Assembly (NCBI GenBank): GCA_002633005.1
Contig: NMRA01000399.1
Coordinates: 153,570 to 217,569 of the forward strand
Length of the DNA stretch: 64,000 bases
Direction: 5' to 3'
Source of the DNA: Phoronis australis
Taxonomy: Eukaryota > Animalia > Phoronida
This document shows positions 1 through 12,000 of the stretch, one piece after another; position 1 is the stretch's first letter, and every line of letters starts with the position of its first letter. The notes below the pieces were generated by a model. The model saw only the letters and a list, made by a program, of their open reading frames with translations. It was not told where the DNA came from and searched no databases. The translations under genes and the position numbers were made by a program.

Positions 1-1622
1 AATCACCCCCTTTCTACATTGAAAACACATAATGTCCGAACCCTAGAAATCTCATGGTAATGCCACAATCAATCACCCTTGTCCCAAATTACAGAATCAA
101 GAAAATTAAATTTTTGCGGATTTCCATGTCCCAAATTCTAGAGACTTCCTGAACTGGAGAATTTTGCTGTAGTTGTAGGGATTAAACATTAGGTGCTACA
201 TCATATTTTCCAACTATAACTAATTATTGCAATAGTGCTTATGTGATTAACACCCCCAAAGAGTGCAGTGAAAATTGAATGGGGGAGCAACACATGACAC
301 CAAATGGCATATTGGTGTGCTTTTATTGTGACCTGGAGTGATTACACTCCTCATAGAGTGGAGTAAACCTTTACCATTGCTGGGAAAGTTGTGCAGCAAC
401 CCAACTTGATCCACAGATTTGTAGACAAGGCTGCTACGCTTTCATTGACTGAAACTGGGCAAAACAAGGGAGGTGTGGAGTTGTGTTATAAATAGATGTG
501 ACATTAAAGGAGAATGCCACCCCAAAAACAACCTATTTTGTATCAATTTAGATCGAGTGGTTCTACTCAATAACGGCACGTTCGGTTGCGTTTACGGTAG
601 ACGGAGGTGCTGAACTTATCCAAGTAATTGGTTTCACACGCAGTCTGTTCAGCAGTTCACAACACGGGTTAGTGGTGTCTGCTTATCACTTGAATACATC
701 GTTTAACACCAATAAATCATCAAACTGCGATGTAAAACCCTTAAAAATACACCGAGTTCTTATAAAAACATAAACAAGTGGTGTTTTATTTCGCTGTTAC
801 GGATTTACTGGTATTTGGACACACCGTAGTCTACAAAGTTCGACAGGCCAATTTACCAAGGTCCGTAGCAGGAGTTTGGTGTCTGTTCGGAGATAAATTC
901 GAAGTATTCTTCCGTGAAATAAAGACAGAAGAACCTAGTAGATACTGTGTTGCTCATACTTGTATTTTTGAGTTCTAAACACACAACATGCATGTAATAC
1001 CCGGCCAGTGGCTCGGAACCCGATCACTAGGCCTGGCGTCGCGGCCGGACTGACGTTATCCCGGCCACTAGCTCGAAACCCGATCAGGCCCGTTGCGGCC
1101 GCCGGGACTGGTACGAACATAAACCAGCTTGAGTTGGAAACTAAACCTCCAGTCACGAAAAGACTATAATAGTGAGCTAAAGAAATAATGTGCACGTGTA
1201 TTATTCTTGTGAATTAGCCACGAAACTGAAAATCTACTTACTTGTCGGGGGCCGCGAAGTCAGGTTCCCCGTCCACAGACCGTCAGGGCACTGGTTGTAA
1301 CAATGATTTGAATAATGTATTTGTATTTCGTAATAAAGATTTCCCTAACATGTGACCATAGCATGTAAAATCGAGTGTTTCACAACAGCTTTCTGTCAGC
1401 AAACACTGAATTAGCATGCGCTCAGACGGCCTTGGTGCCCGGTCAATTGCCTTTGTTGCCAGCATCAAAAGCCGGTAACGCAGTGGTTTATTCATTGCTG
1501 TCTTCTCAAATCATTTGCACTCACGAGCACTCAAGGAATAACAAATTGTATCTAATGAGACAGACTATGTTCCAGTTTCATACAAGCATTTTGAAACAGA
1601 ACGCAGAATAATAAACGTCTAC

Positions 1623-1796
1623 ATGGCAACTCGCCTGGCGCCAATCCCGACTTAGGCAAGAGCTCATCCGACAAAGACTTCACAGGTTGGATCGTTATTC
1701 ACAGGCTATCAGTTCAAACCGGAATACACTGATCAAGAAATACTAGAGAGGCGCCGTGAACATACACAGGGAACAGAACGTATGGATAGTTCTTTG
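1623..1796 (+). pseudogene. KolX-like (P2RX7 C-terminal-like) accessory protein, first exon, degenerate
   Basis: Frame from ATG 1623 reads MATRLAPIPT*ARAHPTKTSQVGSLFTGYQFKPEYTDQEILERRREHTQGTERMDSSL and ends at TG|GTAAGC (donor at 1797). GYQFKPEYTxxE resembles the (P/G)YQFEPEY motif of KolX N-termini. One internal stop codon. Confidence 0.55.
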
Positions 1797-2025
1797 GTAA
1801 GCCAGAATTCGTCAGAGAAATCACTGTCGACGAAGTGTCGGCCACAAACATGGAGATGTTTCATGACCTCATACTTGCTATTAACAGTGTACCTTTCATT
1901 CTTCACTACCGCGAGCCACTTTCTAAGCATTTCGGGCTCTCGAGGAAGTCGAAAAAACGATATACACGTTTTCTTCCCAGTTTCATAGTTTCAAGCGGGA
2001 ACGATGCACCGCAATATAGCGGCAT
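1765..2025 (-). pseudogene. Degenerate THAP zinc-finger domain (N-terminus of a transposase)
   Basis: ATG at 2025 reads MPLYCGA. After a frameshift it reads NYETGKKTCISFFRLPREPEMLRKWLAVVKNERYTVNSKYEVMKHLHVCGRHFVDSDF...SVP, matching the THAP pattern (C..C, FFxxP, W, CxxHF, terminal AVP-like box). Confidence 0.8.
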
Positions 2026-3319
2026 TCACTCTGCAGACAAACCACTGACGTCACTGCGTCGTTTCTCACCTTCACCACAGGTTAACGCGACACCTCTCGG
2101 CAAGGTGAGGTTGACCGTATAAGAGGCGATGTGTCTATAGACCGATTAACACGGTAAAAAAGACTAATTAAATTGGGTGGAAGCTATAGATGAATCTCAT
2201 CACGTCAATTTCAATCCTGAATTTGTGGGTTAACCCGGCCACACTTTTCAGCTACACCCCTGTCCTCCAAATTAAGTACAGTACCCTATATCCCCCCTCC
2301 TCCNACCACCATCCCCGAGACTACTCTCTTACTTTTTAATGATGCCTGCTCAAATTTAGAAATTTAGTGACAATAGTTCAACTAGCAGAGGTACCACAAA
2401 TTAATGTGCAATCTGAGCTGCTTTAGTGTTTAGTGCTGCCACCAGGTGGACCAAATAACTTCCCCATGTTCAATAAACCTTTGAGGACTGTTTGTGGAAT
2501 AACAGTAAACTTCCCTGAAATTTGAACAAAAATACTGTACGGTAGTGGCCAAAATTGTCACATTTTCATTTTCCAAGTGCTCACTATTCACCTATTTCAC
2601 GAAAGCGCCATCTTCCCGCGCCATCTTTAAATACTGATCAAAAACGAGGCACACTGATAAAACCTCGTGAGCGGTCATCGGCTGGCCTTGATGGTGTTCT
2701 GTGCAGTGCCTGAACGTACCAATTCCACCTCGTCGGTATCCTTCCCACGGATATACTTAGCCACTCGCCCAGTCGCCAATGCGAGTAAAAATGGTGCTGG
2801 GCGAGTAGAAGTTGACTTGCCGGTCGCCCAGGTGGCGAGCGAATTTCAAAGCGCAAAAGCACTATATATCGTTTCCCAGATGAATATGAATAATTTTCCT
2901 CCTCCTTGTGCTGTTTTTATCATGAATTTAAGGTTCAGTTTGGTCATCGTGTCGATGCTCCGGCAGTGAAAAACATCGGCGCAGTGCGACCCTACCGATT
3001 CAGTACATGTCACCCCTTACGCGATTCGTCAAAAATCACAGTGTGTGGTCGTGCACAAAGAATTTGTGGACTAGTCCGAAACGAAGAAAAGGGGAGAAAG
3101 GTGGAAGACCGGTCCATGTGCTCATAGCAAATGAAATACCATATTTCTTGGAACTGATTCCTTTTTGTAATGTACAATGTCATTTTAGCCAAAATTATTT
3201 TTATAACATAAGTGCCCATGCCCCTATAAGCGTCCCCACTCGTTTCCAGACTTCGCTAAAATAAGCGCCCAGTCCATGAATGTGTATATATTTGTGCGAA
3301 AAATGTCTTGCCTCACAGT

Positions 3320-3660
3320 TCTAAAATTCTCCAGTAATGTATTCAATTTATCAATAATATCCGACAGTCCTGAAAAATCATTGTGCGCGGAATTTCTAGT
3401 AGACCACGAGCCTCGCCGCTGTCGGTATTTAGCCGTGGCTGTACACTTCAAACCGTTCCGCAGTGCTTCAAAAAGAACGCAAAAGATTTGCTGATCTTGT
3501 GAAGAAAGTGTCACACTATATGGTCTGGCCCTTCGAACAGACGCAGCGTACTGGTCAACGGGATTGGTATTGTATTTTTCCCGTACAGATTTTCTCCCAC
3601 AACAGGAATCCAGATTGCTTTGTACACGTAAAATTATAAAACTTAACCGCGAATCGAAAC
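3320..3660 (-). pseudogene. Degenerate HIRAN-like domain ORF carried by the pogo-like element
   Basis: Stitching across frameshifts gives YVYKAIWIPVVGENL..NPVDQYAASV..V*HFLHKISKSFAFFLKHCGTV..KCTATAKYRQRRG..GLLEIPRTMIFSGLSDIIDKLNTLLE. This follows the HIRAN pattern (L..E..N..D..A..V...GH.P) with the GxxEIP tail of stand-alone invertebrate HIRAN-like proteins. Confidence 0.7.
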
Positions 3661-3999
3661 TTGGCCAAGAAGCATGCGCTAGGGCCTACATATAATATGT
3701 GGGCCTGGTCAATGAGATAAATATAACTACATATACAGCTCATTGGGCCTGCTACTCTGGCAAATGAACACTGATGACACGCACGCGCTCGCTCAGTCGG
3801 TGCACACCTGTTGACTCACTTCAATACAAACGTCACGTGACAACAACATATGTGTTTGTCCACATTTTTCTCGTTGCCGGGTGCGATCTAGCGCAGATTT
3901 TGACTTAATCTGCGGTTAATCCCGACTCCGAGTCCACAGGAACTTAAGAATCTTAGGAAAGGCTATTTGGAAAACTTAAGGAGGATTTGAGGTAATTTG

Positions 4000-4090
4000 A
4001 GTCGAAACTATTTTTACTCAAGAATTCAAGTTGTCCTATCGACGATCACGAAGCAGCGACGCATCAGTCGGCAAGTTTTCGGCCTGGGAT
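4000..4090 (+). pseudogene. Possible Brinker-type DNA-binding N-terminus of a pogo-like transposase (fragment)
   Basis: 4013-4033 reads FTQEFKL followed by ...ASVGKF, similar to the Y/FTxxFKL...AAxKF start of pogo transposases. The fragment is short and decayed. Confidence 0.35.
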
Positions 4091-5182
4091 TTCGGCACAT
4101 TTTTTTTTTAAGATTAACAACAGAGTTTGATAGCAATGCACCACAGTTTTGAAGAAAGTCTGTCATAGGTTACACATACGTCACAGCCGAGACCGGGTTT
4201 TAAGCGCCGTAGGCTACAAAAAGCGTCCCCCTGGGCGCTAATTATTAGGGCAAATACGGTAGCTCTAATAGATGGTGACATCAGTGCACGAAACGATGAT
4301 TTTTATTTAAACTATTAGCAAGTTTGTGGTGACTGGCGCCAACGGCCGGGTGACTGAACTTCGGGCGAGTAGATTTTCTGGCTTCGGCACTCGCCCAGCT
4401 GGCGAGCAGGATTTTTCAAGACTAAAAGCCTGGGTAAATCCCTGACTTCCACACTTTTCCAAAAAAAGGGAAAACTATGGAGGAATGGCTGAGGAAGGTA
4501 AAAGTCTAGTTGCCGTGCGTATTGGTATGTTTTTGGAGATCGATTCAACATCAGATAACTTGATCTTTGGTAACGTTGATAAGTCTTTTGACCACACCAC
4601 CTTGCAGGACGATGCCATGTTTGTCAAGGCACCTCGTTTTCGATCAACACGACAGCAGTGCCCCGCGTTCGTGAAATAGGTGAATATTGGTAAAAATTTT
4701 CAAAATTTCTATCTATGTTTATTGATGACAGCCGAACTGTATAAAGTTTTTAAAAAATGAAGTAAAATTTTCTTCAAGCTTACTCTTGTTGAAAATGTTG
4801 ATAAAATAAAATATTATGGTCCCGCCATACTATGTTCTAATTTTATGAAACTTTACCGTAATCCCATGTATTTTTACCCGCAATATTTCTGAGATTTCAA
4901 CAAAACATGAGAGTGGCACTAACGTTTTGGCTGGTGCTTTGTTCTATCAGTCATTATTATGGTTGTGGTGTATTTATAGCCTCATCTGAACACTGGTGCA
5001 ACTTGATTTGCTGTTAAACCTCACACGCAATTATTTCTCTTATTTTGTTATCACTCAATACAACAACAACCCAGTCACTAAAACTACTTGTACAGCAGTT
5101 TGAAGGAGACAAATGACAATCTCACTCTCGAGAGGCATTTTGCCTTGTTTAGCTGCCTAAAAACGAAAATTGCATTGGGCAT

Positions 5183-6016
5183 TTTAGCCTCATAAAGTTA
5201 TCCTACAGCATTATAGGATTCTATTTCTTTTAGCCTCATAAAGTTATCCTACAGCATTATAGGATTCTATTTCTTTTAGCCTCATAAAGTTGTCCTACAG
5301 CATTATAGGATTCTATTTCCTTTAGCCTCATAAAATTGTCCTACAGCATTATAGGATTCTATTTCCTTTAGCCTCATAAAATTGTCCTACAGCATTATAG
5401 GATTCTATTTCCTTTAGCCTCATAAAATTGTCCTACAGCATTATAGGATTCTATTTCCTTTAGCCTCATAAAATTGTCCTACAGCATTATAGGATTCTAT
5501 TTCCTTTAGCCTCATAAAATTGTCCTACAGCATTATAGGATTCTATTTCCTTTAGCCTCATAAAATTGTCCTACAGCATTATAGGATTCTATTTCCTTTA
5601 GCCTCATAAAATTGTCCTACAGCATTATAGGATTCTATTTCCTTTAGCCTCATAAAATTGTCCTACAGCATTATAGGATTCTATTTCCTTTAGCCTCATA
5701 AAATTGTCCTACAGCATTATAGGATTCTATTTCCTTTAGCCTCATAAAATTGTCCTACAGCATTATAGGATTCTATTTCCTTTAGCCTCATAAAATTGTC
5801 CTACAGCATTATAGGATTCTATTTCCTTTAGCCTCATAAAATTGTCCTACAGCATTATAGGATTCTATTTCCTTTAGCCTCATAAAGTTGTCCTACAGCA
5901 TTATAGGATTCTATTTCCTTTAGCCTCATAAAGTTGTCCTACAGCATTATAGGATTCTATTTCCTTTAGCCTCATAAAGTTGTCCTATAGCATTATAGGA
6001 TTCTATTTCCTTTAGC
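5183..6016. repeat. 46-bp minisatellite, about 18 copies
   Basis: Unit TTTAGCCTCATAAAATTGTCCTACAGCATTATAGGATTCTATTTCC; copies start at 5321, 5367 and so on, and are nearly identical. Confidence 0.97.
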
Positions 6017-9000
6017 AACACAAAAACATGGAAATGATAAGTGAATCAAGAAAACCATTATGATAATGATCTTGATTTGCTTCTCAGTCAAATCAGAGAG
6101 GACACTAGGTGGTGCTTCAAAGAACTCGCAGTTATTGTGTAAGGCCGCATGCTCTTCAAGATGGCTTGTCACTGAGTGTCACTTTATGTGCTGAGCATGG
6201 ACTCATGGAATACTAAACTGTTACTTGTTTACAAACCCAGACATCCTTTCTCATCTGAATATGGAACGAGTTGAGACCAACTTGTAAAGCATGAGATCTA
6301 AATAAAAAGGTCCTACTTGTACACAATGCAGGTTCATGGCTGTTAACAACAAAATAACTTGAGCTAACAAAATGAAAACACACCACTTGCAATATAATTA
6401 AATGCCAAAGTATACAGCACTACCTTTGCGAACATGAACCTCTTCCTTGAGAGAATTAGAAGACCATTGATAAACATTAAGTTCAATTTACTATAATTTT
6501 CAGCTCCAATCTCAACTATGGACCATTACATTAATAAGCACTTTAATCAATATCAACATAAACCTTGAGCCCATGTCTTAAAGCCTAGTTCACTATTTTA
6601 AAAGATGTACCTAATTGATGTCACGTATGACGTAAATCAGGCTGTTTGAAGTGTTCAAGGGCACATGCCAGAGTTCCAGGGACTCAATCACTGTGACTAC
6701 TGAATCGTGAGTAGAATGTAATAAGATGACATGGTTCATTTGTGTAACATGGCGAAATCTCACTAAGATTTGCCGCATTTCATCAGACTAGATATCCCAC
6801 AAACATTTGCATGATTTCAACAATCTCGCACCCCCATAGGCTCATGGAACATCATCAGCAAAATTGATTGTTTTAACAATAATCTTGTAAAAAGGTGAAG
6901 ATTAAGGTTGAATAGACCGGGTCAAAGTAAACGGGGTGACCAAAGGCTGCCCCAAAAACTGAACTGCTGATTGACGGGACAGGTGGTGAGAGGAACATAA
7001 GGTAAAAACCAGGCAATGGCAAAAAAACAGAAGGCAGGAGAATAACAACAAGTGAGCCTCAAACGATTCAGAAGAGGAAATGAAAACCGATTAGAACTAA
7101 GTGAAAACAGCATGAGAACACGTGGGAACTTTTATAAAGTAGCCGTCTTTCAGTGTTAAGCCAGACCTTAGGTTTTACAGTCTTTATAATCTTCACACAA
7201 AACTGTGTATACATACTGTATACTCATACTATATACATACTGTGTATACATACTGTGTATACATACTGTATACTCATACTGCGTACTGATGCTGCATACA
7301 AAATCTCAAACCCCGTGAAAAGTCAGGGTACAACACCAGAATGCTTAAAAGCGATTCACAATTGTTTTGGCTAATTGAATAAACGCAACATACTCATTAC
7401 AAAAATTGACAAGCTGTCAAAATTGTTTCCTGACAACTCCGCAATTGCTTTTGTTCCAATTTGAAGGGAAACAGTGGAACCCATTGCACACTGAAGTTGA
7501 ACATCTAATTATCTGTGTTTTTATCCTGCATCACTGATGCCTTAAGATAGTTGTAAAATTCTGCATTAGTTGAAATCTCTTACACCAAAATACACCCTGA
7601 GTATGTGAATCAATAATACTATAATTACCACAACAGAAATTGCGACATTTCTCAGCTTACCTTGATTAGAGCCAAGACAGCCATGAGTGTTGAGACAAAC
7701 ACCAATTAAACTTGTGTCCAGGTGTAGATAACACTTGGTCTCTCTACACAGACATGTTCTCACTATCAAACTATGATGCAACCTAAAGTCCCAGGATGAA
7801 CTCAGCTAGTAAAGAAAGCACTTCGAAAAATGTCCAAAACCACAAAGTTTATAATGACTGCTTCTCAAGTTGCCTGGGTAAGATTGCAATGAATAAATGC
7901 CCAGTTTGCCTTTTAACTGGGTTCAGGTATCACTTAATGCACACTAAATGTAAGGCTCAGGTATCAACTGGGAGTCGACTAGTCTTCTTAAAACAATCTT
8001 CCTTCCAACATCACAAAGTCTTCTCATAGGTTAATTTAATGGTATCCGATATGGCCTATGCGAACCACACTGTCAGTCTCATAAGAAAGCATTCACAGAA
8101 TAAATGCAGTTGCAAATAAAATAGATGTTTAATAACGGCAACTGAAATTGCTTATGATTAGATCAAGCTCAAACGTCAGTTGTTGAACTAATGCATCCCT
8201 GCTGGTACTGTCAATCCCTTCTCTGTTTGTCAGTTGTTCCAGAGATGCAAGAATTTATAGCAGACAGGAGAGGTGTTGTAGTCTGCCTACGTAAATCATG
8301 AACTTGTGCATCACTTTTATCTGCTGTGGGCAATCCACCAATGACAGACAGCCTGAGACAAGGCCAAACAAAAGGAAGTGCTGTTTCTCTTCCAAACAGA
8401 CCAATCCACCAATGACAGACGAGCATTACAAAGGACAAGCAAAGCAACCTGCTGAATTTCTCTCACAAGAACAACTCACTGAGACTGTTGATTTTCTACC
8501 ATGCAACAGGAGTAGTGGAAACAAGGAAACTAATATTTCACCTGATTCATAAGTTATCTAAGATTGACAATGAGTTGAACACCTGTGCCATACTAATTGC
8601 ACATTGTGTTACAAGCAAACAATTAATTCTAACACACTTGTTTTCTGTTGCAAAACTTATCTTCCACAAACCAAGTATCAAAACAAAAATGATTAGTCAC
8701 TAATGTTAACAACAACATTGCTGATTCTCATGTACGATTTTTAAGTCTAAAAATCAATTTAACCAACATTATTACCAATACTGTGCACTCTATGCTTCAC
8801 TCTTCCATAGAGCTACAGTAATTCTGCACCTACTTTGCTGGAAATAATGGCCAAACTCATCATTTTTACTACAAGTAACAGAAACTTTAACAAATGTTTT
8901 TATGACATCTACACTTACAAACAAAACTAATAATGGAGTAACATTTTTGTTAAACCTTAATTTTTGACTAAATCAAACTTGATTGTGTGGCACACCATGC

Positions 9001-12000
9001 GCTTCATAGGTCAAAGGTTACTGTAGTACACTTGCATTAACACAAATGTTTGGCTTTATCACCCACCAACCCTCAACTTACACCCCCCAATTTATATGAT
9101 CAAGACTTCCTTGACAGGGCCCACGTTTTTGTGAATGACCGTCTCATAAAAATTTTACCTGCTAAAATGTTTAAAAACTTGCCTATCTTTGAGTAATAAC
9201 CAGAATTTAAGTTACACGTTGTCTTATTCCCCTCGGAAATACCTCTGCTCTAGAAAGTTTTTTTTCGACACCTCAGTGCGAGTCAGGCGTGCTTGGAAAA
9301 ATAGACAGTTTGCCAACCTCAGACCTCTCGAAAATTTTGTTCTTAAATGCACGTGATTTTTGGTTTCCCCAATTTATGTACGGACAACGGACGTTAACCT
9401 AAGACAAGTGGAGCCATTGTGGATCATTGGACCACAAATTAACATGAAGAGGGTCGGCAGTACCATGTCATGATAGACACCGCAAACCCATTTTACAAGT
9501 CATTTGCCAACAAATTGAGCATGTTAAAATACTTATGTAAAATTAGTGGCAATAACATATTGCAGAGCAGCTGTTCACCTGCCCTCCTAGCAGGACAAAC
9601 ATAACACAGACACTTGAAAAAGCAATGTAAAGTGTACTTCACAGTAGCTACGTTTGTTTGTTTGTTTGTCCTGAGAACAACAACAACAATACAACCTCCA
9701 GAAATAAACCAACACCTGTCAAAAGGTGAAGACAACAGTTGGGTGAATGGAGATGGCTCTAACAAATTCTGAGAGCGAAGAAAACAAAGGCAGGTATGTT
9801 GAAATAACAACTAAGCTGAGGTGTCAAATACAAGCATGTAGGTAAGTTACGTCTTCTAATGGTTATCCATAATTTGAATGAGGCATAACATTATAACCAC
9901 TTCAAAGTTCCAATTTGTAAATCCAGTACTCTTCTGTTTAACATCCAAACATGGTTTGACACCAACAACAAATTTTAAATTTTCACTTTAAACACCCAAT
10001 AATGCATTATGACAATTGCGATTTCCTTAAAAATGCCCATGCCCCCGTCTGAAATTGCAAATTAATTTTCAGATCTTTGTTATAAACAAACAGCCTACAC
10101 ATTTTGTAGTAATTTTGGCAACTTCATTTATTTTTGTTTATCTACCTTAGCAAGAGGAAATATCAAATGTAATTTATTCTATCAAGTGAAACAATCATCA
10201 AAGTAATGAAACGGTGGAAATTCCATAACACCTGGAGCCCCCTAGTGTGTTTATATTTTCACCAACAGGTGGATGATGGAGTCAAGAGCACTCTAATACA
10301 GTTATATTGTGCCAGGATAACACCATTATAAGCACACAAGAACAAGCGGTGACACAATCCTCCAAGTGGAGCACTGTCGGACTTGTCAGGGCAACCCGAT
10401 TTGACAAGTATGTGATAACCTCTCAAAATGTTCAGTCTCTCAAAATTGCGGAAATCATTTTTTTTCAAGCTGCAGTGTGAGCAAAATAAGCAGAATGGGC
10501 AAATATATCGTAAGGACATTTCAACAAAATGCCAAAATTAGAATGTGAGAAACTGTAGAGCAGTCACCATAATACAAATGTTGAGTATAATGTTCTCATT
10601 GACAAATGTACTGGGAGGATATTATCCACACGATGTGGAGTTCAGAAATGCTTACTGTCTATTGCCCTTGACCATTGCATATTGTACCTACACTTTGTAT
10701 TTTGTACCATTTTATTGTATATTGTATCTGTCAATTATATGTTGTATCTGTTCACTGTACATCAACACTTCAATGTATATTGGATATGGTCATTGTATAT
10801 CAATTATATCTGCAAATTGTATATTGCACCTGTTCATAGTTTATTAAGTATAGCATATCGGTTCATTATTTGTTGTATCTAATTCTCGTTGTTGCATCTT
10901 TAAGCTCTATTAGACTTCCAAACAAGAGTGCCATCTAGTGACAAAGTACATTTCATCACCACTGTGTTGGAAAATGTCAGCATTAGAAATCCATGCTATA
11001 CCTGGGAACACAGGAATGCTATTTAGAGATAACAAGGATCACCAAAGCTCTTATAGAGTCTGGGTGGTCTTCTCAATAGGCCATCAACAAACACCAGACT
11101 TACTAAACAACTATATGAACAGGGGCCAGTGCTACATGTGCTATTTTTAATTTTCTAAAAGGTGACATCATTGAATACTGGTGCTATTCAGCATCACACA
11201 CCTGGGGCACCAGTGATAGCACTGTTGTGGATCATTGTTGATGACACCATTTAACTCAGTTCAAAACAGATTGTCCGCACACAGGAGTCACATTTAGTCC
11301 ACTTACCATATATCTGTGCGTGTCCAGTACGCTGAAGTTAGGTTATCCGCCACAGCTCTGTAGCATTGCGAGATCAGGAAAAGTCTTACTTAATGTATAT
11401 AACATCAATTTTTGAAGTGTAAAACACCTTCAATGATTATAAATAACAACCATAAAAGCACTTGGTGTATTCATTTTAAAGTCGTCAGACTTGCTATTAC
11501 ATGTAATCTATGTGGGTGGGGGAGATTGTAATGTGACCAACTTAGGGGGAGCTTGAAACTGCTGCATAATGCTAAGAAGTAATGGATACATGTGTTGACA
11601 GGTGGACAGCGCCCTCTGCAGGCTCTCTACTATTGTTATTACCTTAATCCTTCACAAATAAAATAAGCGCATAATATGGCCACCAAGTGAAATTCTTTAA
11701 AATAAAAATTAAGAATTTAATCCGTTATTTGAGCATGGCTCGTAGGTGTAGATGTCAAAAAGCACTGTTCGGTGAAGTCCCAGCATTAAACAGCAATGGA
11801 TTCAGATTTTGAAAATAGAAAAATTGCAATTTTGTCAACTATTTTAGTTGGAATTGAGTAGAGAATTGTTAGGGTGCCAACAAGCAGATGTAAACTGTGA
11901 CCTCACACTATACCTAACAACCACTGATTCATAATTAGCACAGTTTGTAAATCAACCATTAAACATACAGACATAAACATTCTCATCTTTCAAAACACTA

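Larger units (their letters stand above)
508..2250. mobile_element. Kolobok-like DNA transposon remnant (right end not found; end coordinate approximate)
   Basis: TTAA (504-507) is immediately followed by AGGAGAATGCCACCCC, the TTAA+RR terminus typical of Kolobok. The interior carries a THAP exon (-) and a KolX-like exon (+), the two Kolobok protein hallmarks. No matching GGGTGGCATTCTCCT-TTAA right end was seen. Confidence 0.6.
3209..4259. mobile_element. pogo/Tc1-mariner-like element, deleted derivative with left tip missing
   Basis: Right end ...GGGCGCTAATTATTAGGGCAAATACGG followed by TA (4260-4261). Left part has repeated TAAGCGCCC-type subterminal motifs (3209-3270) mirrored at 4200-4240. 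It is inserted at a TA that is unoccupied in the sister hAT-like copy (GATACTAGCCCTAATAG, ~62063). Confidence 0.65.
2729..4444. mobile_element. hAT-like non-autonomous element, copy 1 (internally deleted and interrupted by a pogo-like element)
   Basis: Ends in ATCCCTG (4444). Flanked by a 7/8-identical 8-bp duplication, AATTCCAC (2721-2728) / ACTTCCAC (4445-4452). Repeated ACTCGCC/GGCGAGT subterminal motifs at both ends. Segments 3100-3207 and 4262-4444 align by eye to 60809-60915 and 62070-62249. The left terminus is degraded. Confidence 0.65.
2585..4686. mobile_element. Outer TA-flanked MITE (about 380 bp of its own sequence) hosting nested insertions
   Basis: Perfect 19-bp inverted repeat TATTCACCTATTTCACGAA (2585-2603 / 4668-4686), plus an imperfect subterminal inverted repeat (TGATCAAAAACGAGG at ~2635 / CCTCGTTTTCGATCA at ~4632). 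The terminal TA may be the target-site duplication. Confidence 0.75.

Noticed and set aside
1283-1495. 'TESCCE' in ORF 1283..1495 as the KolX cysteine cluster
   Set aside because: It is on the wrong strand and in the wrong order relative to the KolX-like first exon, and there is no preceding CxCxxC.
3137-3160. TA-CCATATTT as the left terminus of the pogo-like element
   Set aside because: The same sequence is present in the uninterrupted hAT-like copy (~60847-60870), so it belongs to the host element.
5183-6016. CRISPR-like appearance of the regular arrays (also 23875-24337, 31127-31389, 62250-62462)
   Set aside because: Units are contiguous with no unique spacers, there are no cas genes, and the context is eukaryotic.
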